A DNA stretch of 64,000 nucleotides from a virus: positions 2,763 to 66,762 of IMG/VR virus record IMGVR_UViG_3300026132_000002. The stretch is one strand, 5' to 3'. Positions 1-9,913 of this stretch are shown piece by piece. The notes beneath the pieces are model-generated. The model saw nothing but the letters and a program-made list of their open reading frames with translations, was not told the DNA's origin and did not search any database. The position numbers were made by a program, and so were the translations under genes. Each line of letters starts with the position of its first letter. Positions within the stretch are counted from its first letter, which is position 1.

Positions 1-1
1 C

Positions 2-652
2 CAGACTTCAGATCACGCTTTTATCATTCTCGATTCGTTGGATGCCTTGTCTGACGAGGAAGAGCTTGCCGCCCATCTGAGTGACAATGTGACAATTGCC
101 AAGAAGGCACGGCAAATGTCACGGTTCTTCCGCACCCTTACTCATCGACTCAAAGCCCAGAATGTTACCCTCCTTGTGGTCTCACAGGTACGTGAGAAGG
201 TGGGCGTGTCTTTCGGTGCCAATTGGTCACAATCGGGCGGTAAGGCACTTGAGTTCTATATGAGCCAGCGTGTCTTCTTGCGTCATATGAAGCGATACAA
301 GAAGTCCTCCAACAAGATTGATCGGATCGTGGGAGTGCAGGTAGAAGCCTCCTGTGAGAAGAACAAGGTGGGAGTGCCTTTCCGCAAGTGCAAATTCCCG
401 GTGCTATTTGATTTCGGCATTGATGATATTCAGGCCAATCTGGATTTTGCTTCCAGCATTGATGAGTTTAATGCCCTTACCAAAGAAGCAGGTGTGGACG
501 CTGACACTGCGGTAAAAGTCATGAATCGTTTGACTAGCATGAACGATGAGGATTTCAAGAAAGCCTCCAGTGCTATGGCAACATGGACGTACCGGCGCTG
601 GCAGGAAATTGAGTCCAGCTTCCGTTCTTCCCATAAGAAGTACGGATCATGA
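2..652 (+). CDS. recA: RecA/UvsX-like recombinase (5' truncated by window edge)
   Basis: Frame is open from position 2: FIILDSLDAL (Walker B), ARQMSRFFR, LLVVSQVREKVG, GGKALEFY, KNKVG.PFR are RecA-family motifs. Confidence 0.92.
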   Translation, partial: QTSDHAFIILDSLDALSDEEELAAHLSDNVTIAKKARQMSRFFRTLTHRLKAQNVTLLVVSQVREKVGVSFGANWSQSGGKALEFYMSQRVFLRHMKRYKKSSNKIDRIVGVQVEASCEKNKVGVPFRKCKFPVLFDFGIDDIQANLDFASSIDEFNALTKEAGVDADTAVKVMNRLTSMNDEDFKKASSAMATWTYRRWQEIESSFRSSHKKYGS

Positions 653-1185
653 TTTTTAAGGGCCAGCACATCAACTACGTCATGGGGATTGACCCCGGCT
701 TGTCCGGGGCAATCGCCTTTTTCAAACTTGAGTACAAGAACCGCCAGTACCAGACTATTTGTGAAGCGGTTTATGACATGCCCACTATGCGAGGCAGCAC
801 CTTCAAGAAGTCCGTGCGTGTTACCAAAATCTCGGAATGGATGAACGAGTATGGCTTTATGTATGGCTTCTTGGAAAAGGTAGGCGCAATGCCCAAGCAG
901 GGTGTCACTTCCATGTTTACCTTTGGGCGAGGTGTGGGGATGCTGGAAGCTACCTTGCAGCTAAAGGAGGTGCCGTACAACTATGTCACTCCGCAAAGCT
1001 GGAAGCGTGAATTTGATCTGATTGGCAAGCCCAAGGAAGCGGCACTGGAACGTGCCGCTAATTTGGTAAGAGGCTGCGATGTGGAGCTATCTAAGAAGTC
1101 TCACACAGGTCGCGCTGATGCCATGCTTATCGGGTTGTATGGGGCACAGAAGATCATGGAAGCGGTCGCCAATATCGACAGATGA
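649..1185 (+). CDS. ruvC: RuvC-like Holliday junction resolvase
   Basis: GIDPGLSGAIA, acidic LEKV, FTFGRGVG, VTPQSWK, RADAMLIG; ATGA overlap with recA. Confidence 0.88.
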   Translation: MIFKGQHINYVMGIDPGLSGAIAFFKLEYKNRQYQTICEAVYDMPTMRGSTFKKSVRVTKISEWMNEYGFMYGFLEKVGAMPKQGVTSMFTFGRGVGMLEATLQLKEVPYNYVTPQSWKREFDLIGKPKEAALERAANLVRGCDVELSKKSHTGRADAMLIGLYGAQKIMEAVANIDR

Positions 1186-1200
1186 GGTCAAGGAAGACAT

Positions 1201-2229
1201 ATGCCGCATGGAAACATTCTCCATGTGGGGGACCAGCATCTTACTGATCGGGCAGAAGACGAATATCGTTGGAAGTTGTTCCCGGTCTTGAAGCAACTGA
1301 TCCACTCACAGGATATCGAAGCTATTATTTTTTATGGCGATCTGACCGACATTAAGGATCGCCATACAGGCGCTTTTATCAATCGGGTTCGCAAGAATAT
1401 TGAATGGCTTGCTACAGAAGCCAAGTTGTTCATTCTCAAAGGCAACCATGATTACAAAGATGAGAGCAGCCCCACCTTTAAGTTCTTGGATCGGCTTCCG
1501 GATATTGTATATGCTGATGTGCCGATGGTAGCAGAGATTGCGGGACGCCGTGTGTCTTTGCTGCCTTATTCTTATGATCCCGAGAACGATGAAGCATGGA
1601 CTGCGCGTCTTACGGATCGGGAAGTGGATTTTGTCTCTACTCATATTACTGTCAACCGGGTAAAGGCTTCCAATGGGCAGGAACTGCAAGGGATTCCGGC
1701 AGAGTATTTTGGTGATCTTAAAGTTTACAGTGGAGATATCCATGTGCCCCAGACAATGGGCAACGTCACCTATGTAGGCATGCCTTACCACAAGAACTTC
1801 GGAGATTCTTTTGTCCCTCGTTTCATTCTCACCACTGAGAAAGGGGACAAGAGTCTGGTAACCACCTCTGTCTTTCCTCGGCGTCATGTATTGCAGGTTT
1901 CTTCTATAGAAGAGTTGCAAAAGGTAGAAGAAGTCAAGAAAGGGGATCAAGTGAAGGTGCGCTTTTTCCTCACTCCTGAACAACTGCATGAGTGGGATAC
2001 CCTCCGCCATCAGGTAGAGCAGGTTTGTGAAGAGCATGAATGGGATCGGCATCATACGGAAGTGATCTTGAAACAGGTAGGAGTCACTTCTGAAGAGGCT
2101 CCTGAGATTGACACCCCGGATGATGCACGGGATGTATTGCACCAATTCATGGAGGAACGCTACCCCAAGATGCATCGCCTGTATTTCACGCGAGGTGTGG
2201 AAATCATTGATGCGGTGGAGGGCAAGTAA
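1201..2229 (+). CDS. sbcD: SbcD/Mre11 (gp47-like) metallophosphoesterase nuclease
   Basis: GDQH, GDLTD, GNHD, TH, SGDIH, YVG motifs; coupled to SbcC-like gene. Confidence 0.92.
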   Translation: MPHGNILHVGDQHLTDRAEDEYRWKLFPVLKQLIHSQDIEAIIFYGDLTDIKDRHTGAFINRVRKNIEWLATEAKLFILKGNHDYKDESSPTFKFLDRLPDIVYADVPMVAEIAGRRVSLLPYSYDPENDEAWTARLTDREVDFVSTHITVNRVKASNGQELQGIPAEYFGDLKVYSGDIHVPQTMGNVTYVGMPYHKNFGDSFVPRFILTTEKGDKSLVTTSVFPRRHVLQVSSIEELQKVEEVKKGDQVKVRFFLTPEQLHEWDTLRHQVEQVCEEHEWDRHHTEVILKQVGVTSEEAPEIDTPDDARDVLHQFMEERYPKMHRLYFTRGVEIIDAVEGK

Positions 2230-4118
2230 TGCAGATTTCTCTTGAAGCCATTACCCTCCATAACTTTGGCTCTTTCCAAGGGACTTCTTCTTTTATGATG
2301 CCCGCAGGTGCAGGACTGTGTGGGATTTGGGGAGAAAATCGTCTTGACCCTAAGCTTGGCTCCAATGGAGCAGGCAAGTCTACATTATGGGAGGCACTAC
2401 GCTACCTGCTTTATGGGCGTGATAGCCGGGGACGGCCTGCCACCACCCTCACGAATTGGTGGGTTGATAAGGACCCGATGTGGGTAGAAGCTACTCTTAC
2501 TATAGACGGGGTGAAGCAGGTTCTTCGGCGTAGTAGCGACCGCACCAGTGTCCTGTCATGGAAATTGGGCAATACCAAGGCTGAACAGCTTCTGGATCAG
2601 GAGAGTGTGGAAGCGCGTTTAGGCTGGAGTGGCAACCTTTTTGAGAATGCCGTGTTGCATTCACAGAGGTTTGATCACTTTCTGGATATGAAGCCGGGGG
2701 AGAAACTGGCATTTGTTTCCGAGCTTACCCATTCCAAGAATTGGGATGCCTATGCTAAGCAGGCGTTGGAGAAGAAGAACTCCACTGAAAAGAAGGTGGG
2801 TGAGATAAAGGATAAGCTTAACTATCTGCGTGGGAAAGTAGAGACACTGACGGCAGAGCTTAACAATGCCTACATCGAGAAGGATGATTGGGCCTCTAAT
2901 CTGGAACGAGAAGAAGCCGCTCTTGATGCACGAATTATTGTGCTTGAGAAAAGCTTGCAGGGCTTGTCCATCCCTACAGATTCTTCGGAGACGCGTGAAG
3001 CACTGCTGAGCAAAGTAGACAAGCTCAAGGAAGCGATTGAGGCAGCGACAATTGAGTTTGATTCTCTGCGTGAAGGCATTGCTCAACTGGATAAGCAGAT
3101 GGCCTCCAAGCAAGGTTCCCACGGCTCATTGGAACTGGACAAGAAACGTATTAGAAACCTGCGGGATAAGGACTATGAATGTCCTTTATGCGGTAACAAG
3201 GTAGACCGTGAACATCTGGATGCAGAATGGCGCAGACTTCTTTCCATCCAACGCAAGAACCGTGACGAGTATAACGCCTTGCGTGATGAGTGGGAAGAGA
3301 AATCCTCTGAAGTGCTTGCATTACAAAAGCTCCGGGAAAAGGCGAAGGACAAGTTAAATAGCGTGAGGGCATCCTTGCGCAAATTAGATGAAGAAGAGAG
3401 TGCGCGGGAGCGGGATCGGGATAAACTGCGCGCTACGCTTGAGGGCCTTTCAGAGCAGCGTAAAAGCTTACATGCTAGGAAGACCAGAAACCCGTGGGAA
3501 GATCGCGTAGGGACCCTCACAGAGAACGTCTCGGCTCTTAACAAGGAAGTGCAGGAACTCAAGCAGCAAAGAGACAGCCTAACCTCTGTACAGGCTATCT
3601 ATGAATGGTGGTCTTCCACTTTCAAGGAAGTGAAGCTGTATCTAATTCAGCGTGTCGTGAAGCAGCTTGAGATAAATGTAAACAACGCTCTATCCACCTT
3701 GGGCATGGAAGGCTACCGAATAGAGTTTGCGGTTGAAAGGGAAACCAAGAGTGGGAGTCTGTCACAGAAGTTTCACACACTGGTGCATAGCCCGCATGTA
3801 GATATGCCTGTGCCTTGGGAATCATGGAGTGGAGGCGAAGAACAGCGTCTTAAACTAGCCACCGGCTATGGTATAGTTGACGCTATCACTTCGTTGACGG
3901 GTATTCGTTGGAACATTGAAGTGTGGGATGAGCCGTCTGCCCATTTGTCAGAGACCGGGGTGCAGGATTTGCTGGCGCTTATGGAACACCGCGCCCGTAC
4001 TTCCAAGAAACAGGTTTGGACTATTGATCACAGGAGTTTAGGCGATGCTGCCTTCCTCTCATATGTCGGTATTGTCAAAGATGACAAAGGAGTTTCACAC
4101 ATCCAGTCCGTTGCGTAA
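2229..4118 (+). CDS. sbcC: SbcC/Rad50 (gp46-like) SMC-family ATPase
   Basis: TLHNFGSF, GSNGAGKST Walker A, coiled coils with CPLCG zinc hook, WSGGEEQR signature, VWDEP Walker B; TAATG coupling. Confidence 0.95.
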   Translation: MQISLEAITLHNFGSFQGTSSFMMPAGAGLCGIWGENRLDPKLGSNGAGKSTLWEALRYLLYGRDSRGRPATTLTNWWVDKDPMWVEATLTIDGVKQVLRRSSDRTSVLSWKLGNTKAEQLLDQESVEARLGWSGNLFENAVLHSQRFDHFLDMKPGEKLAFVSELTHSKNWDAYAKQALEKKNSTEKKVGEIKDKLNYLRGKVETLTAELNNAYIEKDDWASNLEREEAALDARIIVLEKSLQGLSIPTDSSETREALLSKVDKLKEAIEAATIEFDSLREGIAQLDKQMASKQGSHGSLELDKKRIRNLRDKDYECPLCGNKVDREHLDAEWRRLLSIQRKNRDEYNALRDEWEEKSSEVLALQKLREKAKDKLNSVRASLRKLDEEESARERDRDKLRATLEGLSEQRKSLHARKTRNPWEDRVGTLTENVSALNKEVQELKQQRDSLTSVQAIYEWWSSTFKEVKLYLIQRVVKQLEINVNNALSTLGMEGYRIEFAVERETKSGSLSQKFHTLVHSPHVDMPVPWESWSGGEEQRLKLATGYGIVDAITSLTGIRWNIEVWDEPSAHLSETGVQDLLALMEHRARTSKKQVWTIDHRSLGDAAFLSYVGIVKDDKGVSHIQSVA

Positions 4119-4575
4119 AATCTTGGAGTTAGTTCCTCAACTTTCTGTAGAGGATGCTCGGAAGGTAATACGCATGATTGAAATGCAGCACCCCAATGTG
4201 CTGCAGACCAAGCATATGGAGGAAGACAGCTTGCTCTTCTACCGAGTGCTGCGGCACATTATGAAAGAGCAGTATGCTCTGACATTGCCGGAGCCTCGCC
4301 TGCTGGAATCACAAGGATACTTTGCTTTATACTTGCAGGGATGGAAGAGCTTATATCTCTTCATGGATCGCTTGCAGTTTAGTGAACAGCGCAAGAAGGT
4401 TCTTTTCTTCCGGCGAGGTATTTCCTTGATGCTGCAACATTTGAAGCAGCGAGGGGTGCCGTTGACAACTTATGTAGTAATCTCGGAAATCTCCAAGATA
4501 CCGGCATTGCTGGATGCAAAATACCCGGGCTACCAGAATTTGGGTAAGGCAGGAGGGGACCTGATTACCCGTTAG
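4081..4575 (+). CDS. Hypothetical protein in replication operon
   Basis: ORF fills the gap between sbcC and helicase; start uncertain (4045 or 4081); no recognisable motif. Confidence 0.6.
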   Translation: MTKEFHTSSPLRKILELVPQLSVEDARKVIRMIEMQHPNVLQTKHMEEDSLLFYRVLRHIMKEQYALTLPEPRLLESQGYFALYLQGWKSLYLFMDRLQFSEQRKKVLFFRRGISLMLQHLKQRGVPLTTYVVISEISKIPALLDAKYPGYQNLGKAGGDLITR

Positions 4576-4595
4576 ACCACGGAAGGTGTATACGA

Positions 4596-6038
4596 GTGAG
4601 TGAGGAAAATCTTTCCGGGCAGTTGATGATTGAAGTCTTCTGCCTGTTGGTGCATTATGACGAATACGCACGGATGGTGCGTTCCTTGGTTCCGGTAGAA
4701 CTGTACGAAGGTCCGCTGGATCGTAAGCTCATAAACTATATTTATGGCTTCATAGACAAGTTTGGTGCAGCTCCGAAGTATCACCTCAGTGATCTTCTGG
4801 AACATGAGTTGCAGGGGGATGACAAGGAGCTATACCAGACAATCATTGAACGCATAGACTCCTATCGTGCCCAGATCAATCCGCAGTATGTGGTAGATCG
4901 GGTGCATAAGTTCATTCGCATGCAATCCATGCGCAAGGGTGTCTATGAAGCTTATGAGGCTTTGGAACGTGGCGATCTGGATGGTGCCGAGACGATCTTC
5001 CAGACTACTACTCGTACCTACCATGCAACCTTTGATATGGGCACCGTTCTGGCCGACACCAAGGAGTTGACTTCCATTTGGGAAGAGCCGGTGCTGGAAT
5101 TTCCTTCTGGTATTACGGGACTGGATCGAGTACATGCGGTTCCCTTTCGAGGGGGTACCCACACGTTCCTTGCCTTGTCCAACCGGGGCAAATCATGGTG
5201 GGCCATTCATATGGGAGTGGAGTCTGCCAAGCATGGGCACAAGGTGCTGCATGTGTCTCTGGAAATGGGCAAGCCCAAGGTGCTTGGGCGTTACTTGCAG
5301 ACCGGCTTTGCTATCCCGCGTGAGCGCATGATGGGGATCAAGGTTCCGGTCATTAAAGACGCCGGGTTTGGATATGAGCTTCAGCGGTTTTCCTATGACC
5401 GCACAATGGATGTGCTCTCCAAGCCTAATGTCATTTTGGAGAAGGTTGCGGCCACGGACTGGATGAAAAATATCCGAGTTGCCAAATTCCCGATGCGCTC
5501 TATTGGAATCAGGGAGTTAGAGGGCTTTCTTGACCTCTTGGAACAGTCTGAGGGGTGGATGCCCGACTTGCTCATTGTGGACTACCCTGATATAATGAAA
5601 TTGCCCGCTCATGATCTTCGTATAGCCACCGGGCACCTGTACGCTGACCTGCGGGGGTTGGGAGAAAAGCGCAATATGGCCCTTCTTCTCCCTAACCAGT
5701 CAAACAGAGACGGCACCCGGCGCACTTGGATCGAAGAGGATAATACCTCAGAGGATTTCTCCAAGATCATGAGTGCGGATATTTCGGTGAGTTACAGTCA
5801 GACAGATGAGGAATATCGAAACGGTATCGCTCGTTTGTACGTGATCAAAAATCGTGACAATACGGCCAAGTCACGGATTGTGATCACACAGAATTACGCG
5901 ATTGGGCAATTCTGTTTGAGCGATGTGGTTTACCGTAACGAACCTTACCGCTCGTTGTCGGAGGAAATCGAGGGCGCACCGGATGAGATTCACGGAACCC
6001 CGATTACTGAAGTGCGAGGGATGGAAGGGGCAAAATGA
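4596..6038 (+). CDS. dnaB: DnaB-like replicative helicase
   Basis: FPSGITGLD, SNRGKS Walker A, VLHVSLEM, LLIVDYPD, NQSNR, LYVIKNR. Confidence 0.92.
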   Translation: MSEENLSGQLMIEVFCLLVHYDEYARMVRSLVPVELYEGPLDRKLINYIYGFIDKFGAAPKYHLSDLLEHELQGDDKELYQTIIERIDSYRAQINPQYVVDRVHKFIRMQSMRKGVYEAYEALERGDLDGAETIFQTTTRTYHATFDMGTVLADTKELTSIWEEPVLEFPSGITGLDRVHAVPFRGGTHTFLALSNRGKSWWAIHMGVESAKHGHKVLHVSLEMGKPKVLGRYLQTGFAIPRERMMGIKVPVIKDAGFGYELQRFSYDRTMDVLSKPNVILEKVAATDWMKNIRVAKFPMRSIGIRELEGFLDLLEQSEGWMPDLLIVDYPDIMKLPAHDLRIATGHLYADLRGLGEKRNMALLLPNQSNRDGTRRTWIEEDNTSEDFSKIMSADISVSYSQTDEEYRNGIARLYVIKNRDNTAKSRIVITQNYAIGQFCLSDVVYRNEPYRSLSEEIEGAPDEIHGTPITEVRGMEGAK

Positions 6039-7792
6039 TATCACCTGAAGCAGTCCAGAAGTTTCTTGAAAAGCCGTCGCGCAATTTCGATCTATACAAG
6101 AAGCTTCCCTATGATGATCTTCTCAATGTCCTTGAGAAGACAGGGCTGACTTTTGACACTCTGAAACCTCGTCTTCATCAGCTTGTGGCAATTTACTTGA
6201 GCCTAAAGCTGAAGCAGTTCTTGTTGTTTCTTCCTACTGGCACCGGCAAGAGCTTTATTATGCTTCAGGTAATGAGGTACCTGAAGATGCATCACAAGGC
6301 CAAGCGAACTCTGATCTTGGTCCCGAATGTGATTGCTGTGCCTAACTGGAAGGCCGAGTTTCACAAGATTGCTCCAGAGTTGGAGGTGGTAGGACTTGAA
6401 GGAAGCTCTGCCAAGAAATGGAAGACTCTGGAAAAGCATGATGCCGATGCGTATATTACTAACTATGCAGGGTTGGTTTCCATGTGCTCGGTAATGGTGC
6501 CTGACCCCAAGAAGAAGCCCAAGCAGCGTTCAGACAATGTGCAAAAAGGGGAAGGTCTGTTGGCCTTCACCCGGCGCACATTGGGAGAGGATGGAGATTG
6601 GCGTGTCATAGCTGATCTGAACAATCTGCGTGTAAATCTGGACTCCAACCGGGAACTGAAAGTCCACAAGTGGCGCACTGGCATGGTATTGCGATTGCCC
6701 CCGAAACCGCGCATGCGCCTTGTGCTTGACCGTGGATTGATCGCACGGATGGGAGAACTGTTTGATTGTGTCATCTACGATGAGTCCACGTCCCTCAAGA
6801 ACCCCAAGAGTCTTACGTTCAAACTGTGTCAGCATTTCAAGGATACAGTGCCTTATCGGTATGGCTTGACCGGAACACCTTTTGGTCGTGATCCTTCCGA
6901 TTTGTGGGCACAGTTCTATGTGATCGACGGTGGAGAGTCCTTGGGGTATACATGGTGGTTCTTTATGAACACCTTCTTCTCTCAGAACAAGGGTTTCTGG
7001 GGAGGGATTGAATGGAAGTTCCAGAAACGCCGCAAGAAGTATCTGCATCAGAAAGTGGGCAATCGCTCCCTGACTTATCAGCTTGAGGAATGTATTGACA
7101 TTCCCGCTAAGACGGTTATCCCCATTCGGGTGCCCATGCCTGAATACCTGAAACCGTATTACAACAAGCTCAAGGATCAGCTTCGGCAGATTGCTATCGA
7201 GTCACAGAAGAATCTTCTTCCCAACAAGAATGTGTTCCTGTCGGCGCGGCAGATGACGAGTGGCTTCCTTACCTTGCGGGAGAAGGGAACCGGGGCTAAA
7301 GAGGTTATGCATTTGCCGGACAACATCAAGTTACAGGCTACGGAAATGCTGTTAGATGAGCTTGACTCAGAGAAGATGGTTATCTTCCATGACTTCAACG
7401 CTTCAGGCGATATGCTTGAGAAGCTGTTAAAGGAGAAGGGAATCGGTTATGCTCGCGTCTATGGTGAAACCAAGAATCGTGAGAAAGAGTTACTGCGGTT
7501 TCAGAAAGACCCTGCTTGCCAAGTCTTTGTCCTGAACTCCTTTGTAGGTCAGACTGCGTTGAATCTACAGATAGCCCCCTACATGCTGTTCTATGAGTCT
7601 CCCACAGGAAGTATTGCCCGGCGTCAATGCGAGGCGCGAGTATACCGTATGGGACAACGGCAGAAGACATTCATCTATGATTTGATCGTGGAAGATACAG
7701 TCGATGAGAAGATTCAGAGTTTCCTTGCGGAAGGCAAAGACCTCTATCACGAAATCATGGTTGGGAATGTGGAAGTGAAGGATGTGATCTAA
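6035..7792 (+). CDS. SNF2-family superfamily 2 helicase with an internal LysM-like insertion
   Basis: PTGTGKS, ITNY, VIYDEST, LTGTP, DLWAQF, ALNLQ, QCEARVYRMGQ. Confidence 0.92.
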   Translation: MISPEAVQKFLEKPSRNFDLYKKLPYDDLLNVLEKTGLTFDTLKPRLHQLVAIYLSLKLKQFLLFLPTGTGKSFIMLQVMRYLKMHHKAKRTLILVPNVIAVPNWKAEFHKIAPELEVVGLEGSSAKKWKTLEKHDADAYITNYAGLVSMCSVMVPDPKKKPKQRSDNVQKGEGLLAFTRRTLGEDGDWRVIADLNNLRVNLDSNRELKVHKWRTGMVLRLPPKPRMRLVLDRGLIARMGELFDCVIYDESTSLKNPKSLTFKLCQHFKDTVPYRYGLTGTPFGRDPSDLWAQFYVIDGGESLGYTWWFFMNTFFSQNKGFWGGIEWKFQKRRKKYLHQKVGNRSLTYQLEECIDIPAKTVIPIRVPMPEYLKPYYNKLKDQLRQIAIESQKNLLPNKNVFLSARQMTSGFLTLREKGTGAKEVMHLPDNIKLQATEMLLDELDSEKMVIFHDFNASGDMLEKLLKEKGIGYARVYGETKNREKELLRFQKDPACQVFVLNSFVGQTALNLQIAPYMLFYESPTGSIARRQCEARVYRMGQRQKTFIYDLIVEDTVDEKIQSFLAEGKDLYHEIMVGNVEVKDVI

Positions 7793-8799
7793 TGTTTCAG
7801 ATCAAGCGATTTCTGGACGACTACTCCATTCCTTTCGTGGAAGAAGGAGCGAACGTCTCCCCCGGCAATATCAATATCAAGTGTCCCTTGTGTGGTGACG
7901 ATCCTAGTGAGCATATGGGGATCAGTTTACAAGGGAAGGGGTGGGGATGTTGGCGTGACCAGTCCCATCGAGGAAAATCCTTTGCTGTGCTGATTGCCAA
8001 TTTACTCCATGTACCTTATAGACGTGCGCAGGAAATTGAGAAGGAGTATTCAGGATGGGGTGCTCTGGGGGGTTTGGCAACACAGGGCAAGCGTTTGATT
8101 CCTGTGGCTTCTACTCATGAAGTGAAAAAGAACCCTCCCGTGAAGGAGCAATCCTTGCCTTCCGAGTTTGTGGACTTGTTGCCTACTCCTTTTACCCGGG
8201 GGTTTCGTATCTATCTGCACAAGCGTGGAGTGGAATACAAGGATGCCCGGAATTATGGGTTGAAAGCAGCCTTGTCTGGCCCGTGGGGACGGCGTGTTAT
8301 TTTTCCGGTATACGAGAATGGCAAGCTCATCACATGGACCGGGCGCACGATCCTTCCCACAGAGCCGGTGCGCTACAAGGCTCAGAGCATTGAGCAGGGA
8401 GCCATCCATGCGATGCCCGAAACCTTGTGGCCCTATGATCTGATTGCGCAAGCGCGCGGGGACAAGCTGTTGGTTTGTGAAGGGCCTCTGGACGCCCTGA
8501 AGATCAATATTGCAGGTAATCGGGCAGGCATCTATGCCGTGGCCCTTTCTACGGCAGCTATATCTAATAGACAAATCCGGTTACTGCACCAACTCTCACG
8601 GAACTTTAACGGGGTCTATTTGTCGCTCGATCAGGACAGTGCGGGACAGAAAGCCGAGCACCACATCAGAAGCTCTCTAAAGCTCTGTATGGACGTAGGT
8701 GTATTCCCGGTACCACAGGGGTACAAAGACGCCGGAGAACTCAATACAGAACGCCTCAGGGCTTGGTTAGGGGTTGGAACTGGACGCAGGGTTCAATAA
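7792..8799 (+). CDS. dnaG: DNA primase (zinc finger + TOPRIM)
   Basis: CPLCGDD..H..GCW zinc-binding region, RVIFP, WTGR, VCEGPLDAL, LDQDSAG, KDAGE. Confidence 0.92.
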   Translation: MFQIKRFLDDYSIPFVEEGANVSPGNINIKCPLCGDDPSEHMGISLQGKGWGCWRDQSHRGKSFAVLIANLLHVPYRRAQEIEKEYSGWGALGGLATQGKRLIPVASTHEVKKNPPVKEQSLPSEFVDLLPTPFTRGFRIYLHKRGVEYKDARNYGLKAALSGPWGRRVIFPVYENGKLITWTGRTILPTEPVRYKAQSIEQGAIHAMPETLWPYDLIAQARGDKLLVCEGPLDALKINIAGNRAGIYAVALSTAAISNRQIRLLHQLSRNFNGVYLSLDQDSAGQKAEHHIRSSLKLCMDVGVFPVPQGYKDAGELNTERLRAWLGVGTGRRVQ

Positions 8800-9049
8800 G
8801 CAGCCATAACTGCTTGATTTGCCCCTCTTGTATGGCAATCGTCTCGTCTGCCTTCTTGAGGACAATCGGTGCAGGTGTCCCCGCCGTTATGCTAGATATA
8901 GGTAACGTCTTGAGCTTTGCAGGCAGCGCACTTTCCTTGATGCATCCCTTGACTACCGGCATGTTTACCTTCTTCGGAGCCTTGGGCAATCCGGCACACC
9001 CGGCTAGTGCCACGACTGTGGTCAGGAGCAGAAAATATTTACACATCAT
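8756..9049 (-). CDS. Outer-membrane spanin (Rz1-like lipoprotein)
   Basis: Lipobox LAGC after a hydrophobic signal; Pro-rich; immediately downstream of the i-spanin. Confidence 0.82.
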   Translation of the reverse strand: MMCKYFLLLTTVVALAGCAGLPKAPKKVNMPVVKGCIKESALPAKLKTLPISSITAGTPAPIVLKKADETIAIQEGQIKQLWLLIEPCVQFQPLTKP

Positions 9050-9477
9050 TGCGGTCCTCCTGACTGAAACTCCTGAGCACGTTTGATCATTTCCTCACGG
9101 AACCAGTCAGTGGCTTTCATGCACCCCACGGGTACTGTAGTGTGCTCGATCTTGGTTATCGTCTTCTGAGTGGACTTGGCAACCTTGTCAGCTTTCTTCT
9201 CAGCTACCTTGAGCTTCTTTTGCTGCTGGTAATACTGGACATTTAACTGTGCAATAGCCTTGTTCTGATCCTTGAGGGTGGCCGCCAGTTGGGTGTTCTG
9301 GGTGAACAGGTCTTTGTTCTTGTTGCGCAGATGAGAATTTTCCGAGCGTAATAACCAGATATAGAAAGCCACCCCCGCAATCGCCAAAATAATCAGGGTG
9401 GCTTTCCAGTGCTTGCGAATTAGACCAAAGAGCCCTCCACCGAATTTACCCAGAAGGCTCCACAGGATGGTCAACAT
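9046..9477 (-). CDS. Inner-membrane spanin (Rz-like)
   Basis: Start MLTILW with GAGG RBS; single TM (ATLIILAIAGVAFYIW) followed by coiled coil and a C-terminal Cys. Confidence 0.82.
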   Translation of the reverse strand: MLTILWSLLGKFGGGLFGLIRKHWKATLIILAIAGVAFYIWLLRSENSHLRNKNKDLFTQNTQLAATLKDQNKAIAQLNVQYYQQQKKLKVAEKKADKVAKSTQKTITKIEHTTVPVGCMKATDWFREEMIKRAQEFQSGGPQ

Positions 9478-9898
9478 CTTTGGTTTCCTCTTTTTGCAAC
9501 TCCAACACTTTCTCCATGAGTTCATGAAGCTTCTTGTTGTAGATTGCGTCCCTGTCGGACTGTTTGATCAAATGCTCTGTCAACTGCAAAAGTGTGGAGA
9601 CCATAGTTCGCGTGGTCTCAGCAATAATGCGGTCACGTTGTGCCTGCCGATTGGCAGCGATTAAAAGAATCGGCCCTGTATATGCTGCCTGAAACGAAAG
9701 CATGAGGTTGAGCAGGATATACGGGTAAGGGTCAAAATGGTAGCTATGAACTATCTGTACTGTATTCCATACAACCCATGAAAACAGAGCAATGCTCTGT
9801 ATGATGATGAATCTCCAACTTCCTACAGTACGAGCAATGAAGTCTGCAATTTTCTGGCCCCACGTTGCTTTGGGCATCATGGGAAAGGCATCTTTCAT
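9446..9898 (-). CDS. DUF1003-like membrane protein (holin candidate)
   Basis: GQKIADFIARTVGSWRFII...FDPYPYILLNLMLSFQAAYTGPILLIAANRQ matches the DUF1003 pattern; lies in the lysis cassette. Confidence 0.8.
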   Translation of the reverse strand: MKDAFPMMPKATWGQKIADFIARTVGSWRFIIIQSIALFSWVVWNTVQIVHSYHFDPYPYILLNLMLSFQAAYTGPILLIAANRQAQRDRIIAETTRTMVSTLLQLTEHLIKQSDRDAIYNKKLHELMEKVLELQKEETKDVDHPVEPSG

Positions 9899-9913
9899 TC
9901 CTGTCTCCGGATA

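Noticed and set aside
1306-2175. 289-aa - strand ORF, and similar antisense ORFs such as 55077-55898 and 28144-28791
   Set aside because: Shadow frames of well-supported genes with non-protein-like composition
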